A DNA stretch of 64,000 nucleotides from Hyaloraphidium curvatum SAG 235-1 (lineage: Eukaryota > Fungi > Monoblepharomycota), in assembly GCA_025558095.1 (NCBI GenBank), contig JAIVFI010000001.1, positions 1,116,001 to 1,180,000 of the forward strand, given 5' to 3'. A program made the translations under genes and the position numbers. The notes under the pieces were generated by a model. That model saw only the letters and a program-made list of their open reading frames with translations. It had not been told where the DNA came from and ran no database searches. This document shows positions 1-10,736 of this stretch, piece after piece; within the stretch, counting starts at the first letter, position 1, and each line of letters begins with the position of its first letter.

Positions 1-785
1 CCGTGCGGCCCGCGGCGGGGCTCGCCCGGGGCCGGCGGCGGGGGCGGCGGCTTCGACAGGAGCAGGTCGCGGATCTCCTCGTTGTAGATCTCGAGGAAGG
101 ACGCGCGCACGAGGAACTGCTTGCTGGGGGTGCGGGCGATGTGGCCAAAGATGTGGTCGAAGGCGCGGAGGGCGATGCCCTGCAGCTCGGGAGGGTCGGG
201 CTCGCCTATCATGGTGTGGGTCTTGCCGCTGCCCGTCTGGCCTGGGTGGGGCGGTGTGTTTGCGGCGGGCGAGAGTTTGGGGACCGCGGTTTCGTACCGT
301 AGGCAAAGATGGTGCCGTTGAACCCGTCCAGGACCGACTCGACGATCCGGCTCGCCACCGTGTCGTACACCTCGGCCTGCAAAGCAAGGCCCAGCCGTCC
401 CGTCTCCCGGTTAGACTGGACTGCTCCCTCGGGGCCAGGCTCCTGTGCCGCCTACCTGTGTCGCCGACTCGCCAAGCGCCGAATCGAACGTGAACATCTT
501 TTCCGGAGCCGGGCCGCCCGCCGACCCCCCGCCCACCCCAGACGGCGCCTTGGAGCTGCATGCGACACATACTTGGGATTCCTCGGAGTACACCGTGACC
601 GCACGGCGCGCCGGCGCGGCATCTGGCGGGAGCGGCCGGCACCGCACGCACACGGTGACGGATTCGTCGCCGGATCCCGGTTCGGAGACTGAGAAGGAGG
701 CCGTGCGGCCCGTGCCGGTTGCATTTGCGCGGGAGGCGGTGCCGCGGCGCGGCGAGGGGGGTTGGGAGGGCGTGCCGGCGCTCAT
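1..785 (-). CDS. Kinesin motor, kinesin-2 (KIF3-like); 5' part, runs off the window
   Basis: Exons 785-456, 376-298, 241-<1 (introns 455-377, 297-242). Spliced protein: [10 protein letters not shown]...FTFD...[26 protein letters not shown]...HIFGHIA...[19 protein letters not shown] (P-loop and KIF3-type motifs). Confidence 0.9.
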
Positions 786-984
786 CGTCTTTAGGCCGCC
801 GCGGGGGGTAGCATGGGTCGATCCCGCGCGCGGACCCCGAGGAACCGGTGTTCAAGACACAGAGCAATCAATGCCGTGGCATCGTTGGCCGAGGCCTGTT
901 TGCTGAGCTAGAATTGGAGCGGCGATCTGAGGCCAGCTTGCGCGACGCACCAGATCCCTTGGCGCAAACAAACGCCGTCCCACG

Positions 985-2151
985 ATGGCGGCGGAGGGCG
1001 ACGGGGAGGGCGGGGGCCCGGTCCTGCAATCTGCCGGGACGGACCTGTCGCTCTTTGAGGCGGGCGTGGACCTTGAGGAGGCAATCGCGGACCTGGACGA
1101 TTCCGATTCGGAGGACAGCCCCCTCTCGCCGGCTTCGGCGGCCCGCTCGCAATGCCTGCCGCAGGGGTTGCTGCCCTCGACGTCTTTGCTGCCGAGGTCG
1201 CTGGGTTCGGCGCTCAAAGTCTTTGGCCTCGTCGTCGGACCGGTCACTCTTTTCCTCCTGTTGCCGGATTTCCATTTCCAGCAGCATTTGTTCAACGCCC
1301 TCAAGTTCATTCAGCACCACAAGGTGCCTGGCGCCCTGATTTTCGTCGCCATCTATGCCCTCTGCACGGTGATCCTCCTCCCCGTGTCGCTGCTTTCCAT
1401 TGGTGCCGGCGTCATCTTCACTCCGGTCTGGCTCGGCGTCATGGTCGTCATGGCGGCGGTTGCCGCGGGCTCCATGGCCTGCTTCGTACTGGGACGCTAC
1501 CTCCTGCGCTCCAAGGTGCAGGAATGGCTCGCCTCGAAGGCGGGCCGCTTCGCCGCCATCGACCGTGCAATGTCGTCGTCGGACGCGCGCGGCATCGTGG
1601 TGCTGCTGCGGATGAGCCCAATCGTGCCTTTTGCAATCCTGAACTACGTGCTTTCACTCACGGACCTCGCATGGGCCGATTTCCTGATGACCGCGTCGCT
1701 CGGATCGCTGCCGAGCGTCTGCATGGCCGTGGTCATGGGCAGTTTCCTTGGTGACCTGGCGGGGGCGTCTGCCATCGAGCAGGTGCTGGACCGACGAACA
1801 ACCTACCTTGTGATGTACTTGTCGACGCTCCTCATACTGGTCACGTCGGTGCTCATCACGTTGCTGTCGCGGAGGGCATTGAGGCGGGTGCTCACAAGGC
1901 AGCCGACGGCGGCGGTTTCCATGGTCAAGATGGACACCGCCGAGGCTGCGGACGGCTTGGACCTTTATGCCCCGAACTTCGCTCCAAACGCTGCCCAATT
2001 TACCCCTTGGGAGCGGAGGACGCTCTGGTGGACGTGCTTCGGCGCCCTGGTTGGCCTGGTTGTGGGCTGTCCTCTGGTACTCATGCTGACTTCTGAGGGC
2101 GATCATGAATCTTCGGCAAGGATGGCGGATCGTGTGGTGGACAGGAGCTGA
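985..2151 (+). CDS. TVP38: TVP38/TMEM64 family (VTT/SNARE-associated Golgi) membrane protein
   Basis: 388-aa intronless ORF with several TM segments, GSMACFVLGRYLLR and VVLLRMSPIVPFAILNY motifs. Confidence 0.85.
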   Translation: MAAEGDGEGGGPVLQSAGTDLSLFEAGVDLEEAIADLDDSDSEDSPLSPASAARSQCLPQGLLPSTSLLPRSLGSALKVFGLVVGPVTLFLLLPDFHFQQHLFNALKFIQHHKVPGALIFVAIYALCTVILLPVSLLSIGAGVIFTPVWLGVMVVMAAVAAGSMACFVLGRYLLRSKVQEWLASKAGRFAAIDRAMSSSDARGIVVLLRMSPIVPFAILNYVLSLTDLAWADFLMTASLGSLPSVCMAVVMGSFLGDLAGASAIEQVLDRRTTYLVMYLSTLLILVTSVLITLLSRRALRRVLTRQPTAAVSMVKMDTAEAADGLDLYAPNFAPNAAQFTPWERRTLWWTCFGALVGLVVGCPLVLMLTSEGDHESSARMADRVVDRS

Positions 2152-2275
2152 TTCCCCGTTTTGTTCAGTGGCATGGCTTGCTGAGTTCTAGGCATGGTGT
2201 TTGCGACATGGGGACGTGCGAAAAATGATAGAGCGTGGAGCGAACCTCGAGCGCCGTGTCCGCGACAGCCATAAG

Positions 2276-3682
2276 CTAATAACGTATGGTGTACAAGAGT
2301 CGGCATTCCTCTGGCTTCATCGCAGAGAATACTTCGCTTTCGTACTTTCTTGTCGCGAGAAAAGCTCTGAAAGCACCTTTGCCCAGGCATTCCTTGAGGA
2401 ACGCGCTGTTCTCGAAAGCGGCTATCGCCTCCTCCTGCGACCGCGGAAGTGGCACGACGTCTGCCCTGGTTTTATCAGCTGGATTGTCTGTAGAAGGCGG
2501 TTCGAGTTCAAGGGCAGTGCCAGGGTCGTTTTTAACAGACAACCTACCCTGCACAGGCTCCGGAAGGTCCAGTTTGTTCTCCAGGCCGTAGATTCCGGCA
2601 GCAACGATCGCTCCCAGCGCGAGATAGATGTTGGCTGTGCCATCGACGCATTTGACTTCCACGTTCGACGCCGGTCCCTTGCCGGGGACGTTCAATGCTG
2701 CCTCCTTGTTGTTCCAGCCCCAACACGCGAAAGCTCCAGCCCAGCAGTTGGGGAGAACCCGGGCATACGAGATGTTCGAAGGGAGCGTTATCAAGCTGAG
2801 CGGAACGAGGTGCTGTAGGATTCCGGCCATGAAGCTCCGTGCGACGGGCGACAGGTTGCGGGACCCCGAGGAAGGAAACACGTTTTTGCCCGTTTCGGCA
2901 TCGGCGAGCGACATGTGGATGTGAGCTCCGCTGCCCGGCTGGGAGTCGAAGACTTTCGGGCAAAAGGTTACTCGGAGTCCTTCGGCGTCGGCGACGTCCC
3001 TGATGAGGTCCTTGACCACCACCACGTCGTCGGCGATTTTCATGGCCTCGCCATGTTCCAGAACGACCTCATACTGCCCGTCTGCGCCCTCGCTGTGGGC
3101 GATCCAGGGGTCCATACCGCCTTGGGCCATAACCTTAAGTATCTTCTCGAATGTGCGGCCAGCATGCCCGCGGAGCGCACCCAGCTCCGCGTACACGCTG
3201 GATTCGACGCGCTCCACGGCGTCGAGATTTTGCCGCAGGAGGACAAACTCAAGCTCGACGCCGGCCATGAGCGTCAGCCCAAAAGTGTCGCGCAGCCTTT
3301 GCAGCTGTTTCGACAAGAAGCCGCGAGGGCAGAACTCATGCCGAACATCAGGTTCTTCCTTGTCGAACACGTTCGCAAAGACGAGGGCGTGGTTCGGTCG
3401 GTGAGGGAGGATCCGCATCGAGCTCAAGTCCGGCACGATCTGCAGTTCCCCGGTCGCGGTTACTCCCGAACCGGGTGCGGGAGAGTCAAATGCGGGCTGC
3501 ATCGCCACAAGCGAGCCCGGTGTCAGGCCTGTCCCGGCCGGAATAATGGATTGAAACCGCCTCGTCGAAAAGACACGTCCGCGAAGAATGCCGGAGTAAT
3601 CGAGGAACGCGAGCCGGACGAACTCCACTCCCAGGGCCGCGAGATCGGCCGGATCAACAGGAGCATGCTCGGTCTGCGCCAT
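2276..3682 (-). CDS. Glutamine synthetase I-like protein (FluG/lengsin-type gamma-glutamyl ligase)
   Basis: 468-aa intronless ORF: DYSGILRGR, VPDLSS, CPRGFL, GVELEF, HSEGADGQYE, GSGAHIHMSL, VEVKCVDGTANIYL. Confidence 0.88.
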   Translation of the reverse strand: MAQTEHAPVDPADLAALGVEFVRLAFLDYSGILRGRVFSTRRFQSIIPAGTGLTPGSLVAMQPAFDSPAPGSGVTATGELQIVPDLSSMRILPHRPNHALVFANVFDKEEPDVRHEFCPRGFLSKQLQRLRDTFGLTLMAGVELEFVLLRQNLDAVERVESSVYAELGALRGHAGRTFEKILKVMAQGGMDPWIAHSEGADGQYEVVLEHGEAMKIADDVVVVKDLIRDVADAEGLRVTFCPKVFDSQPGSGAHIHMSLADAETGKNVFPSSGSRNLSPVARSFMAGILQHLVPLSLITLPSNISYARVLPNCWAGAFACWGWNNKEAALNVPGKGPASNVEVKCVDGTANIYLALGAIVAAGIYGLENKLDLPEPVQGRLSVKNDPGTALELEPPSTDNPADKTRADVVPLPRSQEEAIAAFENSAFLKECLGKGAFRAFLATRKYESEVFSAMKPEECRLLYTIRY

Positions 3683-3683
3683 C

Positions 3684-3727
3684 GTGCCTCCTTGTGCTGG
3701 AGTCAGTGCCTCCTTGTGCTGGAGTCA
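3684..3727. repeat. Perfect 22-bp tandem duplication GTGCCTCCTTGTGCTGGAGTCA x2
   Basis: Copies at 3684-3705 and 3706-3727, immediately upstream of the GS-like ATG (3682, minus strand). Confidence 0.95.
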
Positions 3728-3884
3728 CGCGGGTTTGTCCAAGCTTTTGGTAAAACAATTGGACGCCAAGGTACTCGGTTCTTTTCGGGAAAGCGCTGCA
3801 CTCTATGCCTTCAAGAGAGGGAGGGATGGATGTTGTCTGTTTGTGGCTGTGCGGCCCGATCCGAAGTATCAAGTCGACCAAGCC

Positions 3885-4439
3885 ATGGCCGCAAGAGCAG
3901 CGTCGAAGTGGTGCCGCCCGGGCTCGACAAAGGAAGATGTCTGGCTGTATCCCAGGCCGCCGGCGCTCGAACCCGTTTCTCGACGGCTCCGCGTGATGTT
4001 CAATGGGCAGATTGTTGCCGACACGACTCGGGCTTACCGCATCCTGGAAACGACCCACCCACCGACTTATTACCTCCCGCCCGAGGACATCAAAATGGAA
4101 TACCTTTCGGAGACAGCGCGATCGACATACTGCGAATGGAAGGGAAGCTGCTGTGAGCCTTCTGCGGCCCCGATCGCGATGTGCCGCCTGACTCCCAACG
4201 CAGCCTACTACACCGTGCGCGTCGGGGACAAGATCGCCGAGAATCGAGCCTGGTTTTACAAGCGACCGAGCCCGGCATACGCGGCCATTGCGAACTACGT
4301 GTCGTTCTACGCTTCCCCGTTCGATTGCTTCGTGGACGACGAAAAAGTGGCCAAACAAGAGGGAGATTTCTATGGCGGATGGGTAACATCCGATCTGGAG
4401 GGCAAGATGAAGGGCGGTCCTGGGACTTTTGGGTGGTGA
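3885..4439 (+). CDS. DUF427 domain protein
   Basis: EDVWLYPRPPALE...RILETTHPPTYYLP...TYCEWKG...GDFYGGWVT; in-frame intron 4153-4203 (GTGAG..CTGAC..CAG). Confidence 0.88.
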   Translation: MAARAASKWCRPGSTKEDVWLYPRPPALEPVSRRLRVMFNGQIVADTTRAYRILETTHPPTYYLPPEDIKMEYLSETARSTYCEWKGSCCEPSAAPIAMCRLTPNAAYYTVRVGDKIAENRAWFYKRPSPAYAAIANYVSFYASPFDCFVDDEKVAKQEGDFYGGWVTSDLEGKMKGGPGTFGW

Positions 4440-4468
4440 TTCACTTTCGCGCGTGGGCAAGCGAGAAT

Positions 4469-5717
4469 CTACACGTCGTTGATCCGGATCTTGGGCTTTT
4501 CCTTCAGTCCCACCACGCGCCAGCTCTCCTCGACCAGCTTCCTCGCCATGTTTGCGTACGAAACGTCCGTCACGCCCCCGATGTGCGGCGTCATGACAAC
4601 GCGCGGGTGCCGCGCCACGGGATCCTGCGGGTCGAAAGGCTCCTCCCACTGGACGTCCGCCGCCAAGCCGCCGAGCTTGCCGGATTCGAGCGCCTCCAGC
4701 GTCGCTTCGCGGTCCAGCAGACCTCCCCGCGCGACATTGACGACGATCACGCCGTCCTTGCAGCGGGACAGGAGGTCCCTGTTGATCATCCCGCGGGTTT
4801 CGGGCGTCAGATTGCAGGTGAGCACGACGATGTCCGCGAGGCCGACAATGTCCGGGATGGCGCTCCACGGGTGGCGTTCGTCGAGGAGGTGCTGCGGATC
4901 CGGCGGCGGCGGAACGTTGTTGTGCGATTCGGTGGTTGCCACCATGGCGGCGGCGACCGCGTCCAAAGAAGGAATGGGAAGGAAGCCGGCGGGCACGGGG
5001 AGCTTTGGCCGCGGCATGGTCGTGACGGGAGTGACGTCTCCCTCGCTCGTTTCTGGGGCCGACGATGTGCCGTTTGCGGTCGGTCCCCAGGGGCTACGCC
5101 TCGCCGCGAGCATCCTGACGCCGAACCCTTTCAGTCGAGGTACCAGCTCGCGGGCAATGTTCCCGAAGCCGATGATCAGAACCGTACGACCAAACAGGGT
5201 GGTGCCGATCGGAGCCCCAAGGGTCTGGCTTCCGAACGCCGCGGCCATCTCGTGTTGTTTGCGCAGAGCCGCCAGCGTGAGGTAGATGGCATGCTCGGCG
5301 ACCGACAGGGCGTTGCCAGAGGGTGCTGATGGGATGTTGGTGACGGGAATGCCCAGCCTGGTCGCCGCAGCGACATCGACGCCTTCCAGGCCTACCCCGA
5401 ACCTGAAAAGGGGGAATCGTAAGCTTTCCTTGATGCCTCCCTGTCCCCAGGCGCGAGGCGTACTGCATCACGAGCTTCAAGCTATTCTTCCCGGCCTCAA
5501 GAATCGCAGCATCGATCCGACTCATCAGAGGCACGAGAACATCGTAGCCATCCACTCTGGAGACGAGCTCCTCCCTGGAGCAAGTCGCCACCTCGATGTC
5601 AAGCTTTCCGGGGTTGGCGCCGGACGCGTTGGCCGCAGCGACGAGGTCCCTCGCGGCCTGCCTCGCGAGCGGCACGCCGGCCGAGAACTCCTTGCCGGCA
5701 AACAGGATGCGAATCAT
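4469..5717 (-). CDS. D-isomer-specific 2-hydroxyacid dehydrogenase
   Basis: Intron 5463-5403 gives MQFGVGLEGVD; GNALSVAEHA, IIGFGNIA, VNVARGGLLD, DVQWEEP, TPHIGG; long Pro-rich insertion in the NAD-binding domain. Confidence 0.9.
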
Positions 5718-5807
5718 CGCAATGCGCACGGGAACAGACGCGAGAGGTGTAGTGTTTCCGGCGACGCGATGTGGCAAAGCACCACCGATCGACTGAAGAA
5801 CGAAAAC

Positions 5808-6580
5808 ATGGACGTCGACCAGGCGGGCGAGTCGGCGCTCGCGTGGCGGCCCGTGCCGAAGAGTAGGCGCCTTTTGTTATTGCGGCGGCGCCGCTGACCC
5901 CCGCAGCCCCCGTGGTGACGCCGCTGACGGCGCCGTCGGGCTACAAGGACCGGTCGTTCCGCGGGTCGCTCGACGAGTACCAGGCCACGCTGGCGGCGTC
6001 GGCGACGGTGTACGTCGGCAACCTGTCGTTCTTCACCACCGAGGAGCAGGTGCACGCGCTGTTCCGGCTGTGCGGCGAGGTGAAACGCGTCATCATGGGC
6101 CTCAACAAGGAGTCCAAGACGCCGTGCGGCTTCTGCTTCGTCGAGTTCTACGAGCACGACGCGGCGCTTGACGCGATCCGCTTTATCAACGGCACGCGGC
6201 TCGACGACCGGCCGGTGCGCGCCGACTTGGACTGGGGCTTCCGCGAGGGCAGGCAGTACGGCCGCGCGCGCACCGGCGGCCAGGTGCGCGACGAGTTCCG
6301 CACCGACTTCGACGCCGGCCGCGGCGGCTGGGGCGGCCAGGCGGAGGCCATGCGCGGCGCCGCCATCCGCGACGTTTACACGGACTACTACGTCGACGGC
6401 GTCGAGGCGCCCGTTGGCGCGCCCGCATACTCGAACAGGGCCGGCGGCTACGGCTCGCGCGGCTACGGTGGCGGCGGCGGCTACAAGCGGCGCGAGCCCG
6501 AGCGGGACACTGGCGACGCCGGGGGCGCGGAGGACGGCGATCGCCGCAAGAACCCGAGGTTCCGGGGCGACGACGATTGA
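5808..6580 (+). CDS. CBC2: Nuclear cap-binding protein subunit 2 (CBP20)
   Basis: Intron 5863-5906; [18 protein letters not shown]...[12 protein letters not shown]...[32 protein letters not shown]. Confidence 0.95.
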
Positions 6581-6689
6581 CACCGGGCCGCCGCATGAAG
6601 AAATAGATTCTATAGCTTCAGGACCACATTATCTTACACCATGAGCCAGTCCGATGCAGAATGCTGGCGAGCGCCCGCAGCCCAGACCC

Positions 6690-8415
6690 TCAAACTCCGT
6701 TCAAAGGCTTGACCGAATTGCTACGGCGCAGCATCGTCGCCGAGTACTTCGGCACAACGCGGGCCGGGTGCGGCACGAGGACGTGCTCGATGTCGCCCCA
6801 CCACTTGTCCGAGTGCTTCTTGTACCACGCGACTGCGGCCTCATGGTCAGGACAGGCGATTTGGCGGTCTCCACAGCAACCCACTGGTGCGATCCAGCCC
6901 CTCCTCCCACGAGATGCTCGGCTTCCATCCGAGCTGCTCCAGCTTGTTCGAGTCCACAGCGTAGCGGCGGTCGTTGAAGGCGCGGTCCTCGACGTACTCG
7001 AGGTACTGCTCCTCCTTGTCTGCGTACCCGAACTTGGAGACCAGGGTCTTGGCGAGCTCCAGGTTGGTGATCTCAAAGTCTGTGCCGATGTTGTAGATCT
7101 CGCCGATCTGGCCCTTGTGGAGGATGGTGTCGATCGCGTCCGCGACGTCCGAGGCAAAGATGTACCGCCGCGAATTGCTGCCGTTGCCGTGGAGGCAGCT
7201 GTCCCAAGCGTCGAATGTCAGCCAATCGAAGCAACACCAACGAAAGTTGACACGCACACTTTCTTGCCGCGCTTGAGCAGGCAGACGAACTTCGGGATGA
7301 CCTTCTCCGGGTACTGGTAGGGGCCGTACACGTTGTTGCTGCGGGTGATGATGACCGGGAGGTTGAACGACTTGGAGTAGGCCTTGACGAGCATCTCCGC
7401 GGCCGCCTTGGAGGCCGAGTAGGGGTTGGTGGGCTGCAGGACGGCCTCCTCGAGCAGGTTGCTGTCGGCCTCGCCGTACACCTCGTCCGTGCTGATGTGG
7501 ATCATCTTCTTGATGTTCTGCAGGCGCGCCGCTTCCAGGAGGACGTGCGTTCCCACGACGTTGTTCTTGGTGAACTCGAACGAGTCGCCGAACGAGTTGT
7601 CTATCGCGGAGGCCGTCAAGCACAGGCAACAGGAGGGCTGAAAAGCAGGCCTGCTCACCGACGTGGCTCTGCGCGGCAAAGTGGATGATAGTGTCGACGT
7701 TCTTCTCCTGTAGGACGTAGAGAACGAGGTCGACGGAGGTGATGTCGCCCTGGGGACGGCGAGAACTTTGGTTAATGCCGCCGCAGGGTGCCGCCGAGAG
7801 CATAGAGGCACACCTTGACGAACGAAAAGTTGGGCAGCGACTCCAGACTGCGGCAGTTGTTGAGCGACGCACAGTAGTCGAGCTTGTCGAAGCTTATGAT
7901 GTTGTACTCCGGATAAAGGAGAGCGAACTTGCGGACGGCGTACGAGGCGCTGGTAGGGGCAGGCAGGGCAGTTAGTGACAAGCTCTCGCGGGGATCCGAG
8001 CAGCCGATCGGAAAGGCCTCCTAGTACGCCGTCCGAGACAAGGGGGGTGGCGAGCGACACAACTTCGCTGGGATCAGAGCAGCCATAAGCTCGGAAAGCG
8101 CCTCCTCGTCGTGGGATCAGGGTGCGAACACACCGCCTTTGTTTGCCCACCCGCCGCTTCCCGGCAACGCGGGACCCTCTGTGCCCTTCCGCGCGCTGCG
8201 ACAAGCGCAGGATCATTGCATGTCACTTACATGAAGCCCGCACCGCCCGTAATGAGCACATTCTTGACGTTGGGGTCCGCTGGGTAGCGCCGCAGGCCAA
8301 CATTGCGGGCCTCGGGGTCGAACGCCCACTCCTCGTCGAGCTGGTCGCTGCGGGGCAGGCGGGGCGCCTGCCCGGTCTCCCAATGGCTGTCGCCGAAGGT
8401 CTTGACGGTCGCCAT
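6690..8415 (-). CDS. NDP-glucose 4,6-dehydratase (TGDS/RHM-type SDR)
   Basis: Six exons (introns 8230-7950, 7813-7750, 7658-7601, 7257-7199, 6884-6833); LITGGAGFIAS, DKLDYCA, HFAAQSHVDNSF, HISTDEVYG, YSASK, NNVYGPYQYPEK, DRAFNDRRY. Confidence 0.93.
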
Positions 8416-8558
8416 CGTCCTGTTTTGACTGAGCCCAATGGGGAGTTTGGTCGCGACCTCCGCGCGCGTGATCCCAGCCCCTCGGCCACACAAGTGTCCC
8501 TCACTTAGGGGACCGAGGATGGAGGACCGAAGGCCTGCTGCGGATCATTCGGACGACG

Positions 8559-9507
8559 ATGACGTCGTTCGTTGAAGAGCAGCCTCTGGATTCGACGAGC
8601 GCAATCCCCGAGGACGCGTCTGACCCGCAGGAAAAACGCGACGGTGATGACTCAGTTGGGATCACTGAGGAGGCGGCTCAGGCGGACGCGGACATGGCTA
8701 AAGTGGTCTCGCCTTTGAGATCGATCTCGTCTGGGGCCCGCAAGACCGGCCGGCCCGATCATTTCCTCTCTCTTCGCTTGAGCGCGTCGTCTTTCGCACC
8801 TTTCCACGACTGGGTCAAAGAAAGCCACCCCGATTACGCGCAACACCTCGTTCTGCCTTCCACGATACACTTGACGCTGGGTCTGCTGAGCCTTGGGGAT
8901 GACGAACGCCGGGAGCGTGCCGTAAAGTGTCTGCTCGAATGTCAATCGGTGAGAGGCCTCAACAGCCAAAAACGCAGGCGAGAAGCTGACTACAAGCCCA
9001 AAGATTGCTTCCAGGACGCCTTCATTTGGAATCTCCTTGCGCGGGCTTGGCCATTTCGGGCGCCGCGTCGTGTACGCCAACCCAGAGGAAGGAGCAGCGA
9101 AAGAGGAGCTCTTGGCTCTGGCAGCCAGCCTGCAGGTGCCCTTTCGGAATCTTGGGCTTTTGGCTGCGGACGGGCAGACGGAGGTGGAAGCGGCAGCTGA
9201 CGAGAGAGCAGGCCATCCTTATCAGGGCCAGCGCAAGCCCAGGGAGCCGAAGCCGCTGGTCTTGCACGCCACGATGATGAAGATCCGCGGCACCACTTCT
9301 GGTCGATCCAAGGGCAAGAAGGGCGGAGACGTTTCTTCTTCGACTTTCTCGCAAGCCTTCGTTCGAGAAGCCCTTGAACGCTTTGCCGATCACTCGTTCG
9401 GGGAGCACCAGGTCGAAAGAATCGATCTCTGCGTCATGACACGCAAGCAGGACGATGGCTACTACCAGGTTCTTGGTGATTCTGTAAGCTTGAAGGCTCT
9501 AGATTGA
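8559..9507 (+). CDS. 2H phosphoesterase, AKAP7/ASCC1-like
   Basis: Intron 8949-9003 joins two ORFs; RPDHFLSLRL and two HxT motifs (IHLTL, LHATMMK). Confidence 0.8.
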
Positions 9508-9579
9508 TCGGGAGTGTGGAGGACGCGACAATTGATGACCCAAGGCCCTGTCCACTTCACCCCACCGAGCACCGGAGAG

Positions 9580-10578
9580 ATGCAGAATCACAGCGCGCGA
9601 GTCAGAAGCTTTACGGTCGGCAAGCTCGACGGCGGAATGGGTTCGGAGACGCGCCGGACGCCGGTGGACTACAGCAGCTCACCTGTGCCTGGCAGCCATC
9701 TTGCTGTCGCCGGACCACCACATGATCGAGTTTCCGGCAACTATTCTGCCATGTGGGTGGCATTGCAGCATGAGAGAGTCGGTGTAGGGGCTCAGACGGC
9801 GCGTTTGTCCCTCTGCCGGGCTGTCGGCGCGCGTTCCCATCCCAGCCGGTGTCTCTACCGGGTCTATCGTCAACATTTCCATATCTCGGGACACGGAGAA
9901 GGAGAAGCGGCAAAGAGAAGACTTTCTTGCGTTACAGGACGAGATCTACAAGGAGTTCAACCACGCGCCCGAGGCACCCGTCATCTTCCAGAAGGCCGCG
10001 ACGCAGACCTCGGTCACTGTCGCGTGGGAGCCCCTGAAGCTCTACAATTGCGAGCTGAGGAGTATCGAGGTTTACAAGAAGGGGCAGAGGACGACGCCCC
10101 ATTTCTTTGGGCAGACCGCGGCGAAGCTGACGGGCCTCGGTGGGTTTGGCCGCTGTCGACCTCCGCCTGGGTGTCTGACCAGGCTGCAGACGTCAACTCC
10201 GAGTATGAAGTTCACGTGGTGGTCAAAACTTCGGGAGGGAACCTCGTCTCAAACCATGTCGTGTGCAAGACGCACAGCATGGACAACTTGACCGGTATCC
10301 AGGTTGCTTTCGGCGAGTTCCAGGATGCCGGAACGGACCTTCCGCCACTGAAAGAGGCGCTGGAGCGGATCGGGGCGTCGTGGACCGAGGACCTTTCTCC
10401 CGAGAACACGCACCTGGTGTGCACACTCCCGAGAGGCGACGCTTACCAGCGCGCGATGGTCATGAACATTCCCGTGGTCACGCCCGAGTGGCTCAAGCAG
10501 TGCGAGGCGCAAAAGAAGGTACAGCCCGTGGGCGCCTACGCCGTCTTGAGCGGGAGTCAGGAGAACCTGCCGAAATGA
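9580..10578 (+). CDS. CHS5: Exomer subunit Chs5 (N-terminal dimerisation, FN3, BRCT)
   Basis: Introns 9641-9695, 9753-9845, 10140-10189 give [29 protein letters not shown]...TQTSVTVAWEPL...KLTGL...[11 protein letters not shown]...[12 protein letters not shown]. An alternative in-frame ATG lies at 9535. Confidence 0.9.
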   Translation: [332 protein letters not shown]

Positions 10579-10736
10579 CGTGTCCGATACCAAGGCTGAA
10601 CGATGTGGAAGCTCGGTCGACCAGATACCACTTTAGTCACGGTGTGGGGCAGTAATGGAAAGATATAGACGCGACGACCTGGACGGACACGAGTTCGCAA
10701 AGCACATGAGGACCACGAGTCAATTCCATTTGTACA

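Noticed and set aside
4870-5095. Pro-rich insertion in the 2-hydroxyacid dehydrogenase as an intein or intron
   Set aside because: No intein terminal residues and no convincing donor or branch point; a variable loop at this position is the simpler explanation.
7990-8125. Hammerhead ribozyme, C/D snoRNA or TPP riboswitch in the long intron
   Set aside because: CTGA occurs, but the CUGAUGA/GAAA core, a C box and TPP aptamer motifs are not seen.
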